Counted from the stretch's first letter, positions 10,848-20,709 are shown. The stretch is 64,000 nucleotides of DNA from Candidatus Thorarchaeota archaeon (GCA_048884785.1 JBHLQM010000004.1:1-64000), one strand, 5' to 3'. Program-made: numbers and translations. The notes: a model not told the origin generated them from the letters alone.

Positions 10848-11145
10848 TCACCATCTCAATGTCTGTATATGCTGTCTGGATCATGTAGCGAATCCAATAT
10901 CAATACAGATATGGCATTGGTTTTTCGACCAATGTACGTGTCTGAATAAAAGGAAATTTGAGAGATATCGGGTATTATGCTCTTCTAGTTCATTTCGAAC
11001 ATTTGCCATGAAATTTGCCTTTTTTGAAGATTAAACTAGCAGGTTATGGTATAACAGTCAAAGCTTTTTCACTCTTCTTTCCAAACGCAACAAATCATCA
11101 AACAAATAAGTATCTCTTGCAAAAGGAAATTCTAGCGTTTAGAGA

Positions 11146-12066
11146 GTGGAGGCTGTGGCTGAACAACCAGTTGAGGATGTAATGCCGGTAATTCATCTAT
11201 CAGTCAGGATTTCAAGACCCATGGAGGAAGTGTGGGAGAAATTTCTCAATCCTGTGATAATGACCCAATGGCTAGGAAACGAAATTAGTGCAGACATGTC
11301 TGAAGGAGGTCAGATTAGGTTTTCTGGTAAGAATGCACCTACAACACCTGAAATGGAGAATTTTTGGACTCTCAAACGGTATAAAGAACCAAGGGCAATT
11401 CTTTTCAGCTGGGGAATTTTTGGGGTTGCTACTTTATTCATCATAAGATTTGTATCGATTCCAACAGGAACCCAGATAGACCTTAAACACGGAGCCATTC
11501 CTGATGGAGCAAAGAAACTCCACCTCTCAGATCATTGGAATATTCTTCTTGCAAACTTCAAATCAGTTGTAGAGCTCGATTATCCTGCAATAAAATTCGA
11601 CTACACAGATTATCATCCGCTTCGAGTTACTCGATACGATCCGACTGAAATCAGACTAAGTGTTCTCATAAAGGCTCCTCCGCAACTCCCTTTTGATGTC
11701 TGGACTAACCCTGAAAAGCTGAAGCATTTCATTCGAGCAGATCGTCCGGTTGTCGACAGACAATATGCGGGGATCTATACTTGGTGGTCGGAAGGAAAAG
11801 GGCCTATAATATTTCGGAAGATGGAACCAGAGAAGGAGATTGAGTTCACATGGGTCTATGGTGATACACTTACATATGAGACTCTCGTGAATATTAGGTT
11901 TGAAGAGGTTGAGGATAAGACATTAGTCACTCTGCATCATCACGGATTCAAGAGCCCTGAAGCGGTTATAGGATATGATGTTGCGTGGACAAGCATTCTT
12001 GCGGAGTTAAGACTAGTGTGCGAGCTTGGAGAAAGCGGAATAACACGAATCATGGAATGGGAATAG
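11146..12066 (+). CDS. Tandem SRPBCC/AHSA1 (START-like) domain protein
   Basis: Two repeats of the form P.EVW..(T)NP..(W)...F.W...T...L.H...W...L. Confidence 0.8.
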   Translation: MEAVAEQPVEDVMPVIHLSVRISRPMEEVWEKFLNPVIMTQWLGNEISADMSEGGQIRFSGKNAPTTPEMENFWTLKRYKEPRAILFSWGIFGVATLFIIRFVSIPTGTQIDLKHGAIPDGAKKLHLSDHWNILLANFKSVVELDYPAIKFDYTDYHPLRVTRYDPTEIRLSVLIKAPPQLPFDVWTNPEKLKHFIRADRPVVDRQYAGIYTWWSEGKGPIIFRKMEPEKEIEFTWVYGDTLTYETLVNIRFEEVEDKTLVTLHHHGFKSPEAVIGYDVAWTSILAELRLVCELGESGITRIMEWE

Positions 12067-12096
12067 CCGCCATTCTACCAAACTCGGTCTCTATAG

Positions 12097-12837
12097 TTAA
12101 AAGATGAAGAGCGGCATCCCTGGATATATTAAGAGCCACATAAGAAAGGCAGTTGCCAGTGGGATGAGGAAATTGTCTGTCCATCCAATACTGAATAGCT
12201 CGATTATCATGATGACAGTCCCAATTATCGCGATTTGCCCAATTACACAAAATGGACACATATCAACTGAATAGATTAGCATGGCAAGCAGGATAGAAAT
12301 GACTGTCATTCCCCAAACTCCAAAACTACCCTCTACAGATTTTCCCCTGAACTTTCGCTTTGATATATTTCCCCCAACCGTTCTACCAACAACTTCTCCA
12401 GCTGCATCACCCCAGGCAACCGCAAGAATGGCCGCAACAAAAATCTCCGGCCGATGGAAGAATAATAGAAACGCAACCACAAAGGCAATCATGCCCATGA
12501 AACCCGATGCAAAAGTATTGAGAGAACTCTCCTTTTCTCGGCTCCCTGCAACTAGCAGCTCAGAGATCAAGCTGCTTTTGTGTGCCCAAGAATACATAAG
12601 TATCACAAGAAAGATGCCTCCAGCCAAAGCTGGACCACTGAGTGTAACGTAGTTATGTACAGTTAGTGCGATTAGTGTCCCCATACTAATGTGAACGAGC
12701 TTTCTCGGCTTCCAATGCTCAACGCCGCTATCAGCTAGTTTGTATGCAACTGCTAGAACAATTCCCCCTGCAATCCCAGTAAACATAGCAAGTAATACGT
12801 CAATTGAGGTTATTTCTCCAAAGAATAGCTCAACCAT
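12097..12837 (-). CDS. Dolichol/phytol kinase-like (CTP-dependent polyprenol kinase family) membrane protein
   Basis: RKLVH, WGDAAG, KSVEGS and DNFLIP motifs. Confidence 0.85.
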   Translation of the reverse strand: MVELFFGEITSIDVLLAMFTGIAGGIVLAVAYKLADSGVEHWKPRKLVHISMGTLIALTVHNYVTLSGPALAGGIFLVILMYSWAHKSSLISELLVAGSREKESSLNTFASGFMGMIAFVVAFLLFFHRPEIFVAAILAVAWGDAAGEVVGRTVGGNISKRKFRGKSVEGSFGVWGMTVISILLAMLIYSVDMCPFCVIGQIAIIGTVIMIIELFSIGWTDNFLIPLATAFLMWLLIYPGMPLFIF

Positions 12838-12891
12838 ATTTCTCCCACAAATGTCAGGCTGAAATGCATTTCATTCTATCTATACTCTATA

Positions 12892-13746
12892 TCATTTTTG
12901 ACAGCTGGGGCAAAGATAGGTGGGGCCCCCTTCAAACATCAGACGTTCTATAGCAGTGCCACATTTTGGACAGTTTTTGTCCCGAAGATGACCTCCAATA
13001 AAAGGTGTATGCGATCCGCGAGTCCCAAAGAGATCTGAAAAGCTATCTTTTCCTCCTTTGCTGATTCTTGCCTCAGTTACTTTCCTGATAGCTCTGTATA
13101 GAGCTTGTTTCTCCTTCCCAGTCAATGTTGACGATTTCTTCTTTGGATGCAAACCTGCAATGTACGCAATCTCTTGAAATCCAGCATTTCCAAATCCAAC
13201 AACTATGGCTTCTTTGCCTACCATGAGTGCCTTAAGGCTCCTGTCTTTGGTTGAAACCTCTTTTTTGAGATAATCCTCAGTAAATTCCTCTTCCAAAGGA
13301 GAAACTCCTTGCAGGAAATCTCGCCTGTAAGAGTAATTTTTCTCTAGATTGATATCATCTGCAGCATAAACAAGTCCGTAGCCTTTTAGCTGAACCGTGA
13401 AGAATGTGCCATCAAAGAAATCAATCCTAAGGTGAAACTTCTTTGGAAGTGAATCGTTAGTTTCATGGTATCTCAGCTCTCCGCCCATCTCAGGTGCCAG
13501 AAGAAGATTCATTGAATCTGTCAAGCTAATGCGAATCACTGTTCCTCTTCCAGTGATATTTCTAACAGAGCATCCAATCAGCTTTCCATATTCGTTGATA
13601 TCTTGATTAAAGAACTTGATTTTTTGGAGTTTCTCATAATTCTTGATTTGCAGGTCCTTAATCTTCTTAGATACCAAGAGATTATTCATTTGCATTGCAA
13701 GTATTTTGATTTCTGGCATCTCAATGCTCAACAAATATTCCCCCAT
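12892..13746 (-). CDS. Fpg/Nei-family DNA glycosylase-like protein (divergent)
   Basis: N-terminal IEMPE, H2TH GFGN..QEI...GLHP, C-terminal zinc finger CPKC..CPSC. Confidence 0.85.
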   Translation of the reverse strand: MGEYLLSIEMPEIKILAMQMNNLLVSKKIKDLQIKNYEKLQKIKFFNQDINEYGKLIGCSVRNITGRGTVIRISLTDSMNLLLAPEMGGELRYHETNDSLPKKFHLRIDFFDGTFFTVQLKGYGLVYAADDINLEKNYSYRRDFLQGVSPLEEEFTEDYLKKEVSTKDRSLKALMVGKEAIVVGFGNAGFQEIAYIAGLHPKKKSSTLTGKEKQALYRAIRKVTEARISKGGKDSFSDLFGTRGSHTPFIGGHLRDKNCPKCGTAIERLMFEGGPTYLCPSCQK

Positions 13747-13831
13747 ATTGATTAGATCATATTGTGCTGCTTGCTCTTGGATATTTTCATTTAAATCAGC
13801 CAGTTTTCTATTCTAGACTAGCTAGTGAATT

Positions 13832-14473
13832 GTGCTGTTCCTAAGATTGATATTGAAGATTCATCCCTCCGGAAATATGTCCCGCAAACATAGACAAGCA
13901 AGCGCAAAGGAATCCGCGATTGAGATGCTTGAGATTGCACACTGCAACCTCCTGGAATCATTCCAAGGTCTACGACCCGAGGATGTCTACAAGCAGATTC
14001 ATCCCGAAGCGAATCCAATAGGTTGGATTATTGGGCATTGCATTGTTCACATGCATTGGATGATTAACCTTACATATATGCAGGAGAGAGTGTTTTCTGA
14101 AGAGGTCTGCCACTATTACAGATATGGTACCACAAAGGACGAGATTCTCGCTGACAACCCTCCAATCTCCTTTCTTGAGCTAATTGATGACTACCTTCAC
14201 ACGTATGATTCCGCATTGAAGTTTCTACACACTCTGGATGATGAAACATTTCATCAGGGCTTTGGAGGCGAGAACTATGAAACACTGCTACAATCATTCA
14301 AGCGAGTTTCATTCCATTATATGGGCCATGTTGGACAGATTGTTCTGCTTCGAAGAATACTGGGGAATCCTGGTCTGAGTTTTGTTGATGCCATTGTGAA
14401 ACAGCGCCGTGATACTGTTGAACATGATTGGAGCGAATGGTGGAACGCGCACAGGGAGGAATTCAAGCTTTAG
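13832..14473 (+). CDS. DinB/DUF664-family four-helix protein (start probably ATG 13877)
   Basis: NPIGWIIGH and FHYMGHVGQI His triad. Confidence 0.85.
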   Translation: MLFLRLILKIHPSGNMSRKHRQASAKESAIEMLEIAHCNLLESFQGLRPEDVYKQIHPEANPIGWIIGHCIVHMHWMINLTYMQERVFSEEVCHYYRYGTTKDEILADNPPISFLELIDDYLHTYDSALKFLHTLDDETFHQGFGGENYETLLQSFKRVSFHYMGHVGQIVLLRRILGNPGLSFVDAIVKQRRDTVEHDWSEWWNAHREEFKL

Positions 14474-14511
14474 GAATTTGGCATCTCCATACATCATAGA
14501 GGAAAAAAAGA

Positions 14512-15750
14512 ATGATTGAAATATCAAAGGATCTCGCCAGACAATTCGTTCTCGATATACAGGGTCTAAGAACTGAAAAGCCTGCCAAGTCAGTTCTAGA
14601 CGTTGCAAAGAGAATTCACAATATCCAGATTGATACGATATCAGTAGTGAGTCGAAGTCACAACCTCATAACCTACAACCGACTTCAAGAATATACTGAA
14701 GGGGATCTTTGGAAATATCTGGAACGAAAGAAGCTATTCGAGTATTGGTCGCATGCCCTCTGTTTGATGCCTATGAAATCATACCCATTCTATGCTTGGG
14801 TCACCAAATCATACCCTGAGAAACTCTGGTCATATTTTAACCAATGGGCAAGTAAGAATCAGGATATCATTCAAGATGTATACCGGATTGTGAAAGCAAA
14901 CGGACCTACAGCCAGTCAAGATGTTGGAAAGAGAGAAGGGCGTTCGAAAGGCTGGTGGGACATGAAAGCAGAACGCATGGCCCTTGACTATCTATTCTAC
15001 GAGGGCAAAGTCATGGTGAGCTTCAGGAAGGGTTTTCAGAAGTACTTCGACCTAACCGAGCGAGTACTACCTCCGAATATCAATCATGAGCCTCTTAGTG
15101 AGGAAGAGGTTCCGGTATATCTCGTGGATACAATTCTGTCAAGTTTAGGCATTGCTAGCTACAGAGATATCAAGTCATATATGGGAACACTGGCGGCTAA
15201 GGAGCTGTGGGGAGGTAGAAGGAATCGAATTGAAGATCACTTGGATGAGAGAGTCAAAGATGGAGATATCGTAGAGATTAAAATCCCTGGATTCGTAGAT
15301 AGGAATTTCACTACTCGAAAATATGCAAGGATTCTTCAAGACATGCAGGTATCCAGCAGCGATAGGGCTCCAGTTAAGTTACTTAGCCCCTTTGATAATA
15401 TACTTCGAGAGAGGCACTATCCACGCCAGCTATGGGATTTTGATTATACACTTGAATGCTACACTCCTCCCAAGAAGAGGGTATACGGATACTATGTCCT
15501 CCCAATTCTGGACCAAAACGACCTTCGAGGACGCGTCGATGCCAAAGTCCATCGTCAAAGAAGAACTTTAGAGCTGATATCGGTCTATCTTGAATCACCG
15601 GAACTTCATACTCCTGAGGCCCTGAATAGGTTCATTATCGGTATGAAGAATTTTGCAGCATTCCATTATTGTGAGGCAATTGAGGTGGGCAAGGTGTATC
15701 CTGTATCTCTTCAAGAAGAAATCAAACAAAATCTCTTGAACACCTCGTAA
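14512..15750 (+). CDS. YcaQ/AlkZ-like (HTH_42) interstrand-crosslink DNA glycosylase
   Basis: IQIDTISVVSRSH (QxD), FEYWSH, LLSPFDN, ECYTPPKKRVYGYY. Confidence 0.9.
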   Translation: MIEISKDLARQFVLDIQGLRTEKPAKSVLDVAKRIHNIQIDTISVVSRSHNLITYNRLQEYTEGDLWKYLERKKLFEYWSHALCLMPMKSYPFYAWVTKSYPEKLWSYFNQWASKNQDIIQDVYRIVKANGPTASQDVGKREGRSKGWWDMKAERMALDYLFYEGKVMVSFRKGFQKYFDLTERVLPPNINHEPLSEEEVPVYLVDTILSSLGIASYRDIKSYMGTLAAKELWGGRRNRIEDHLDERVKDGDIVEIKIPGFVDRNFTTRKYARILQDMQVSSSDRAPVKLLSPFDNILRERHYPRQLWDFDYTLECYTPPKKRVYGYYVLPILDQNDLRGRVDAKVHRQRRTLELISVYLESPELHTPEALNRFIIGMKNFAAFHYCEAIEVGKVYPVSLQEEIKQNLLNTS

Positions 15751-15873
15751 AATTTCACATTGCGCTAACCTTATTTTGTCGAATGCAATACTGCAGAGTA
15801 GAAACGACGTGATGAGGGACCATCGGAATATCATCATGAATACACGCCATTTGCCCATCGAGGATGAAAATAG

Positions 15874-16458
15874 ATGAGAGATCAAGACGACGGAAGCAAA
15901 GTAATGAAAGCAGTCTTGATTGGAGACGGAGCAGTTGGAAAGACTAGCATTAGGCGTAATTATCTGGGGGATGAATTTATCGAAGGGCATATTGCGACAA
16001 TTGGTGTAGATCTGGCTACAAAGCGGGTTCTGTTTAATCAAGAGATTGTCAAATTCATCATTTGGGACCTGGCAGGTCAGCCATCCTTCAAACAGGTTCG
16101 AGGCCACTATTATCATGGCTGCAACGGTATCGTCCTTGTGTATTCCGTTGTTGACCGTGATTCCTTTGATAACGCATCAAAATGGCTGGTAGAAGCCTAC
16201 AATAACATGGGTCCTTTACCTCCGACTGTCATTGTTGGGAATAAAACAGATCTCAGAGAACGCGTGTCTCCTGACAAGCGTGTGACTGCAGAAGAAGGCA
16301 GGAAATTCACAGATTACTTCATGCAAAAGCTTGGAGTTCCAGCCGTCTTTAAAGAAACGTCAGCGCTGACCGGATATAATATTGAAAACACCTTTCATGA
16401 CTTACTGCAAATGATGTCTGATGCTGAAAGCGATGAGTCAGACTTGTTTATTGGCTAG
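15874..16458 (+). CDS. Rab-like small GTPase (Ras superfamily)
   Basis: G1 GDGAVGKTS, TIGVD, G3 WDLAGQ, G4 NKTD, G5 ETSAL; no C-terminal Cys. Confidence 0.93.
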   Translation: MRDQDDGSKVMKAVLIGDGAVGKTSIRRNYLGDEFIEGHIATIGVDLATKRVLFNQEIVKFIIWDLAGQPSFKQVRGHYYHGCNGIVLVYSVVDRDSFDNASKWLVEAYNNMGPLPPTVIVGNKTDLRERVSPDKRVTAEEGRKFTDYFMQKLGVPAVFKETSALTGYNIENTFHDLLQMMSDAESDESDLFIG

Positions 16459-16491
16459 GAAAAGGCGTTTGTCCCATGTATATCGTATTTC

Positions 16492-16830
16492 TTGCAGCTC
16501 ACGCCGATACATATCCTGATGGATATATCCCATACGATAGTTTTATATATCGAGGTAGGCAAGAGGTACTATTTCTGTGCACAATACTGCAAAGATACCT
16601 TTGATGCCAATCCATCGGAATACCAAGAAGCTGATACTTCAGATGTGGAAGATGTAGAAGAGGTATCCACCATTGCTGTTGACCCTATATGCAAAATGGA
16701 TGTGGATGTTGCGACAGCGAATCTGATTAGTGAGTATCAGGACAAGAAATACTACTTCTGCGCGCAATATTGCAAGGACACATTTGATTCGAATCCAGAG
16801 CCCTATAAAGATCAAGATAGAAGACCCTAG
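16492..16830 (+). CDS. YHS/TRASH metal-binding domain protein; first of two repeats is 5'-truncated or frameshifted
   Basis: DPICKM...YYFCAQYCKDTF in copy 2; copy 1 has only the YYFCAQYCKDTF half; start uncertain. Confidence 0.75.
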   Translation: MQLTPIHILMDISHTIVLYIEVGKRYYFCAQYCKDTFDANPSEYQEADTSDVEDVEEVSTIAVDPICKMDVDVATANLISEYQDKKYYFCAQYCKDTFDSNPEPYKDQDRRP

Positions 16831-16875
16831 AGCACACTTAAATCTCGGCTTGCTTATGGCATCCTCCGCGATGTA

Positions 16876-18267
16876 ATGGCGTTGCGGAGGATGAAACTGG
16901 TGCTATCATTTCCGAGAAAAGTCGCATACGGCATGGGTCGGTTTGGGTCTTCTTTTCTATTGACACTCACCGGATTGACCAGCTTCTACATATATGGGGC
17001 AAAGTTCGAACTTAACTGGTTCTTGGCAGGAGTTTCTCTAGCCACCTCATATGTTATAATTGGACTGAGCCACTGGTGGACTGGCTATTTTAGTGATAAA
17101 TTCAAATCACGATGGGGCCGGAGAAAACCGTTTGTGATTTTGGGCGCTCCGGGACTGGCAGTAACAGGATTCCTGCTATTTGTACCAAACTGGTTTCTAA
17201 ATACTGCAGATCCAACAATCGAATTGTCAGTATTTGGCTACTACCTTCTCTTCCTCTGTTCTTTCAAATTCTTCTACGCTTTTCTACTAACGGCATTTCA
17301 AGCTTGGATGCCTGAGATTACCACTGAAGATGAAAGACCCTTAGTGTCAAGTATGCAAAACACTGCGAACTGGATTGCCAATGGATTAGGAGTGGTTCTG
17401 GGTTTCATCACACCTCTCCTATTTGTTACAGAACCCCTACCTGGTTTGAGCACTATAGGATTAGTAATGATTTTGGCATTCTGTGGAATAACAATTCTAT
17501 TCTACCTTCCATCAATTGTTTGGATTCGTGAGCCGGATGGTCTTGTGATTCCAGAGCGCAATATGATTGCGGAAACCAGGACAGTCCTGGAAAACAGAAC
17601 TTATGTTGGTTGGATGTTGGTTGTAGGCTTCCTGTCCTTTTCATTCTCAGCAGTAACTGCCCAAATTGTTGGATTTGCTCAGGAAGTTCTCTTGCTTGAT
17701 ACACTGGGTAAGCTGCTCCCTCCGGCAATGGCACTGTTAGTATCAATAATGGTATTCCTTTACATCTGGATTAAAGCGATCGGACGCTTTGGCAAAGGAA
17801 GGACTACTATCGTTTCAATGATTGTGCTGGCTATTATTCTGGCTATCATACCCTGGATAGCAGAGATTGGCCGCAACTCCGATGCAGTCCTAGTTGCCAC
17901 TTTTCTCTTTGTGCCTCTTGCTGCTTGCATGGCAGTCTATTATCTCATGAGCTATATTGTTCCAGCGGACATCGTTCATGTGGACTCATTGACTTCAGGT
18001 GTTGATAGGGCCGGAATGTATGAGGGATTCAAAGGTGTACCATTGAATATGTTTCAGGCTGCTTCTTCGCTCTTCCTCGGATGGTTCATGGCGGAAACGG
18101 TCGCCACGACTGGCAGCAATGTATTTGGATTGACATGGTGGGGCCCAATATTTGCTCCATTCCTAATCATTGCAGCAGCGATTCTCTATTTTGTTGATAT
18201 TGATCCGGATTTTGAAACATTGAGGGAAGGTCGTCTGAATGTTGCGTCAGAAACTGATGCGCAATAG
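16876..18267 (+). CDS. MFS transporter, glycoside-pentoside-hexuronide (MelB-like) type
   Basis: GYFSDKFKSRWGRRKPF, PEITTEDER, RAGMYEG; about 12 TM. Confidence 0.9.
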   Translation: MALRRMKLVLSFPRKVAYGMGRFGSSFLLTLTGLTSFYIYGAKFELNWFLAGVSLATSYVIIGLSHWWTGYFSDKFKSRWGRRKPFVILGAPGLAVTGFLLFVPNWFLNTADPTIELSVFGYYLLFLCSFKFFYAFLLTAFQAWMPEITTEDERPLVSSMQNTANWIANGLGVVLGFITPLLFVTEPLPGLSTIGLVMILAFCGITILFYLPSIVWIREPDGLVIPERNMIAETRTVLENRTYVGWMLVVGFLSFSFSAVTAQIVGFAQEVLLLDTLGKLLPPAMALLVSIMVFLYIWIKAIGRFGKGRTTIVSMIVLAIILAIIPWIAEIGRNSDAVLVATFLFVPLAACMAVYYLMSYIVPADIVHVDSLTSGVDRAGMYEGFKGVPLNMFQAASSLFLGWFMAETVATTGSNVFGLTWWGPIFAPFLIIAAAILYFVDIDPDFETLREGRLNVASETDAQ

Positions 18268-18280
18268 GATCTAGATTCCT

Positions 18281-18360
18281 GAGGAGGGCTTCTATATGGC
18301 TCTCCTCAAAATCAAACCTATAAAAGAGCCAAAAAAAGGACCACTTTAACGCGAGAGTGG
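18281..18360. terminator. Hairpins and A/T tracts between convergent genes (likely terminator region)
   Basis: GAGGAGGGCT/GGCTCTCCTC stem at 18281-18307; CCACT/AGTGG stem followed on the minus strand by a T7 tract. Confidence 0.5.
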
Positions 18361-18381
18361 GAGGATGTTTCTTCTTCAGTA

Positions 18382-18645
18382 TCACTTAGAAGTTTCTCGC
18401 CACTTCTTTGTTTTAGCCCGCGCATCTTTTTCATTTCGAGCTACTGCAGCGGCTGATTCGACATCCCGTATCTGTTTATTCTTGTCAACGAAAACAACAA
18501 GCTGATGGCTATTCGAGCATTTGGCTTTGGTCTTCATGGGATAACGTCTGGCGTTCTCGAATGATTTCTCCAATATTTCAACAAAAACAAGGGTAGGTTC
18601 CGAGCAAAATGGGCATTGAAATGGATGCAGCTTTATTTTCGCCAT
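18382..18645 (-). CDS. Small putative Zn-binding protein co-transcribed with a GTPase
   Basis: CPFC...CSNSH..VFVDKNKQIRDVE; starts 5 bp after the GTPase stop. Confidence 0.7.
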   Translation of the reverse strand: MAKIKLHPFQCPFCSEPTLVFVEILEKSFENARRYPMKTKAKCSNSHQLVVFVDKNKQIRDVESAAAVARNEKDARAKTKKWRETSK

Positions 18646-18649
18646 TATG

Positions 18650-19183
18650 CTAATATCCCTTTTCTATATGCTTCTCCAAGAGAAGGGATGCCATTGCTTG
18701 GAAAGCTTCCTTTACCCCTTCCCCTGTCTTAGCCGAGGTTTCAAAATACTTTGCGCCAAGCTGTGCTGCATATTCAGCACCTTGTTCAGGCAGGACTCCA
18801 GATCCTGGTTCTCTCTCGTCAATCTGATTGCCCAGAACAACTATATCACAGCCAGCTACAGATTCCTTGAGCCTGCCGATCCAATCATCCAATCCATACA
18901 TTGTTAGAGGCCTGCTTGCATCAAAAACTGCAATCGCAAGCTTGGAACCCCGAAAGTAGTCAGATACTACTTCTCTGAATCGTGGTTGGCCACCAAGGTC
19001 CCAAAGCAGAAGAGTGACTTCATTTTCTCCCACCGATATCTTCTTTGTTGCCAGATTTACTCCTATGGTCATCTTCATGCTTTCATCAAATCGGTCTTCG
19101 GTATACCGCACAACTAGACTCGTCTTGCCTACTCCGCCTTCCCCCACCAGTACAACTTTGAATACTGAACCTCTGGCGTTCAC
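18650..19183 (-). CDS. Rab-like small GTPase
   Basis: GEGGVGKTS, TIGVN, WDLGGQ, variant G4 NQID, ETSAK. Confidence 0.92.
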   Translation of the reverse strand: MNARGSVFKVVLVGEGGVGKTSLVVRYTEDRFDESMKMTIGVNLATKKISVGENEVTLLLWDLGGQPRFREVVSDYFRGSKLAIAVFDASRPLTMYGLDDWIGRLKESVAGCDIVVLGNQIDEREPGSGVLPEQGAEYAAQLGAKYFETSAKTGEGVKEAFQAMASLLLEKHIEKGY

Positions 19184-19248
19184 AGTCGAGCCCCTTTGGA
19201 AGCAAGAGTCTTATCGTATAAGAACCTATTCCGAATAATAGGTACTCT

Positions 19249-19929
19249 TTGCACAATCCTGGTGTATGTTTCCTTGAAGAAGTTATCTTTGTGGAAGTAA
19301 AACTTGCTTACATCATCATGCTAAAAGAGCAGTCAAGAGTCACAATTCTTAGGTGTTCTGCTATGTCGAAGCTCGAGATTAATCCTGGAGTATCTCCATA
19401 TCCAATGCCTGTTGTTTTGGTTGGAGCAGATGTCCACAAGAAGCCCAATTTTATGGCAGTTGCATGGTTCAATAAGATGAATGGGCGGCCTCCAGTTTGG
19501 GCCGTTTCTATAGGAAAGAAGCAGTATACACTCATTGGAATAAGGGAAAACAGAACATTCAGCATTAACTTCCCTTCAACCAAACATATGCAAGTTACGG
19601 ATTACTGTGGTATATATTCTGGTCGAGATGTGGATAAGTCGTCGCTTTTCAATGTGTTCTATGGCAAGGTTGGTACAGCTCCAATGATAAACGAAGCCAC
19701 ATTAACAATTGAACTTGAGGTTGTCGATATTATGGAGTCCCTCGAAGTATGTGATATTGTCTTGGGGGAGGTGAAGGCTGCATACACAGAGGAAGAATAT
19801 CAGAGTAACGGGATTCTTGATCCAAGGAAATTGGACCCATTTGTATTGACACAGCCTGACAACCACTACTGGAGTATTGGAGAAATAGTTGGCAACGCTT
19901 TCAAAGATGGAAAGAACTATTCAACTTGA
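19249..19929 (+). CDS. Flavin reductase/flavoredoxin family protein (start probably 19363)
   Basis: YPMPVVLVG, NFMAVAW, DYCGIYSGRDVDK, APMI. Confidence 0.9.
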   Translation: MHNPGVCFLEEVIFVEVKLAYIIMLKEQSRVTILRCSAMSKLEINPGVSPYPMPVVLVGADVHKKPNFMAVAWFNKMNGRPPVWAVSIGKKQYTLIGIRENRTFSINFPSTKHMQVTDYCGIYSGRDVDKSSLFNVFYGKVGTAPMINEATLTIELEVVDIMESLEVCDIVLGEVKAAYTEEEYQSNGILDPRKLDPFVLTQPDNHYWSIGEIVGNAFKDGKNYST

Positions 19930-20709
19930 CAGACTGAATCCGTTTCTGAAAATGCTTTGTCGATAGCACGCCTTTATGCACTTTCCACAGATATCTTTCT
20001 CGATTCCTTTTGATATGAGATGGAGGATGTATCTTCTGCAGTTCTCCCTATAGTCTGGCAGAATGCTTCTATTCTTTATGAATGAACAAGCCTCTTCGCA
20101 GGCAGTGCAATCGCCGCATTTTGAATCAATCCTAGTCCCACGAATGAGAGGGAGTGATACGATAGCCGAAGAGAACCGGATCGCGCAACTGAACCTATCA
20201 TGGATGATTAGTTGATTCTTACCTCTCCATCCTAAACCTGCGCATTCAGCAACAGTCCTGTGTGATATGACCATTGGGAAATAGTCATGCACATGATTGA
20301 TATCACTAATTATTCCTCCAATTGTTGCAGAGAGCGGAATTCCATCAAAGCGCTTTGCCATTTCACGTGAGAGCTCGTTTAGAAGTCCATTGATTCGATG
20401 ATACTCTCTGGCATATTCATTCCATCTTTGATAATCAATCCCTGATTCATTGGATACATCTATGTGATCAATGAAGGGGTCTTTATAGGCGATAGCCATG
20501 GATACAAACGAGCCTCTTTCGAATAAACTATCAAACGATTTTCCACTGATGGCTTTGAGCTTCTCTCTCTGAATTGGCATTAATTCAGTGAAGACTTCTT
20601 GAAAACTGGCTACTCCTATATCTCCTTTTTCTCCTACATTCTCAAGATAGCCGAAAAAGAACTCTCTCACAAGCTGTGTGTTTCTTTTTCTCTCATCTGA
20701 TTCTGTCAA
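19921..20709 (-). CDS. QueG/reductive-dehalogenase-like Fe-S protein
   Basis: SHRTVAECAGLGWRGKNQL, CGDCTACEEAC, C..CGKCIKAC. Confidence 0.8.
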   Translation of the reverse strand: MTESDERKRNTQLVREFFFGYLENVGEKGDIGVASFQEVFTELMPIQREKLKAISGKSFDSLFERGSFVSMAIAYKDPFIDHIDVSNESGIDYQRWNEYAREYHRINGLLNELSREMAKRFDGIPLSATIGGIISDINHVHDYFPMVISHRTVAECAGLGWRGKNQLIIHDRFSCAIRFSSAIVSLPLIRGTRIDSKCGDCTACEEACSFIKNRSILPDYRENCRRYILHLISKGIEKDICGKCIKACYRQSIFRNGFSLSS

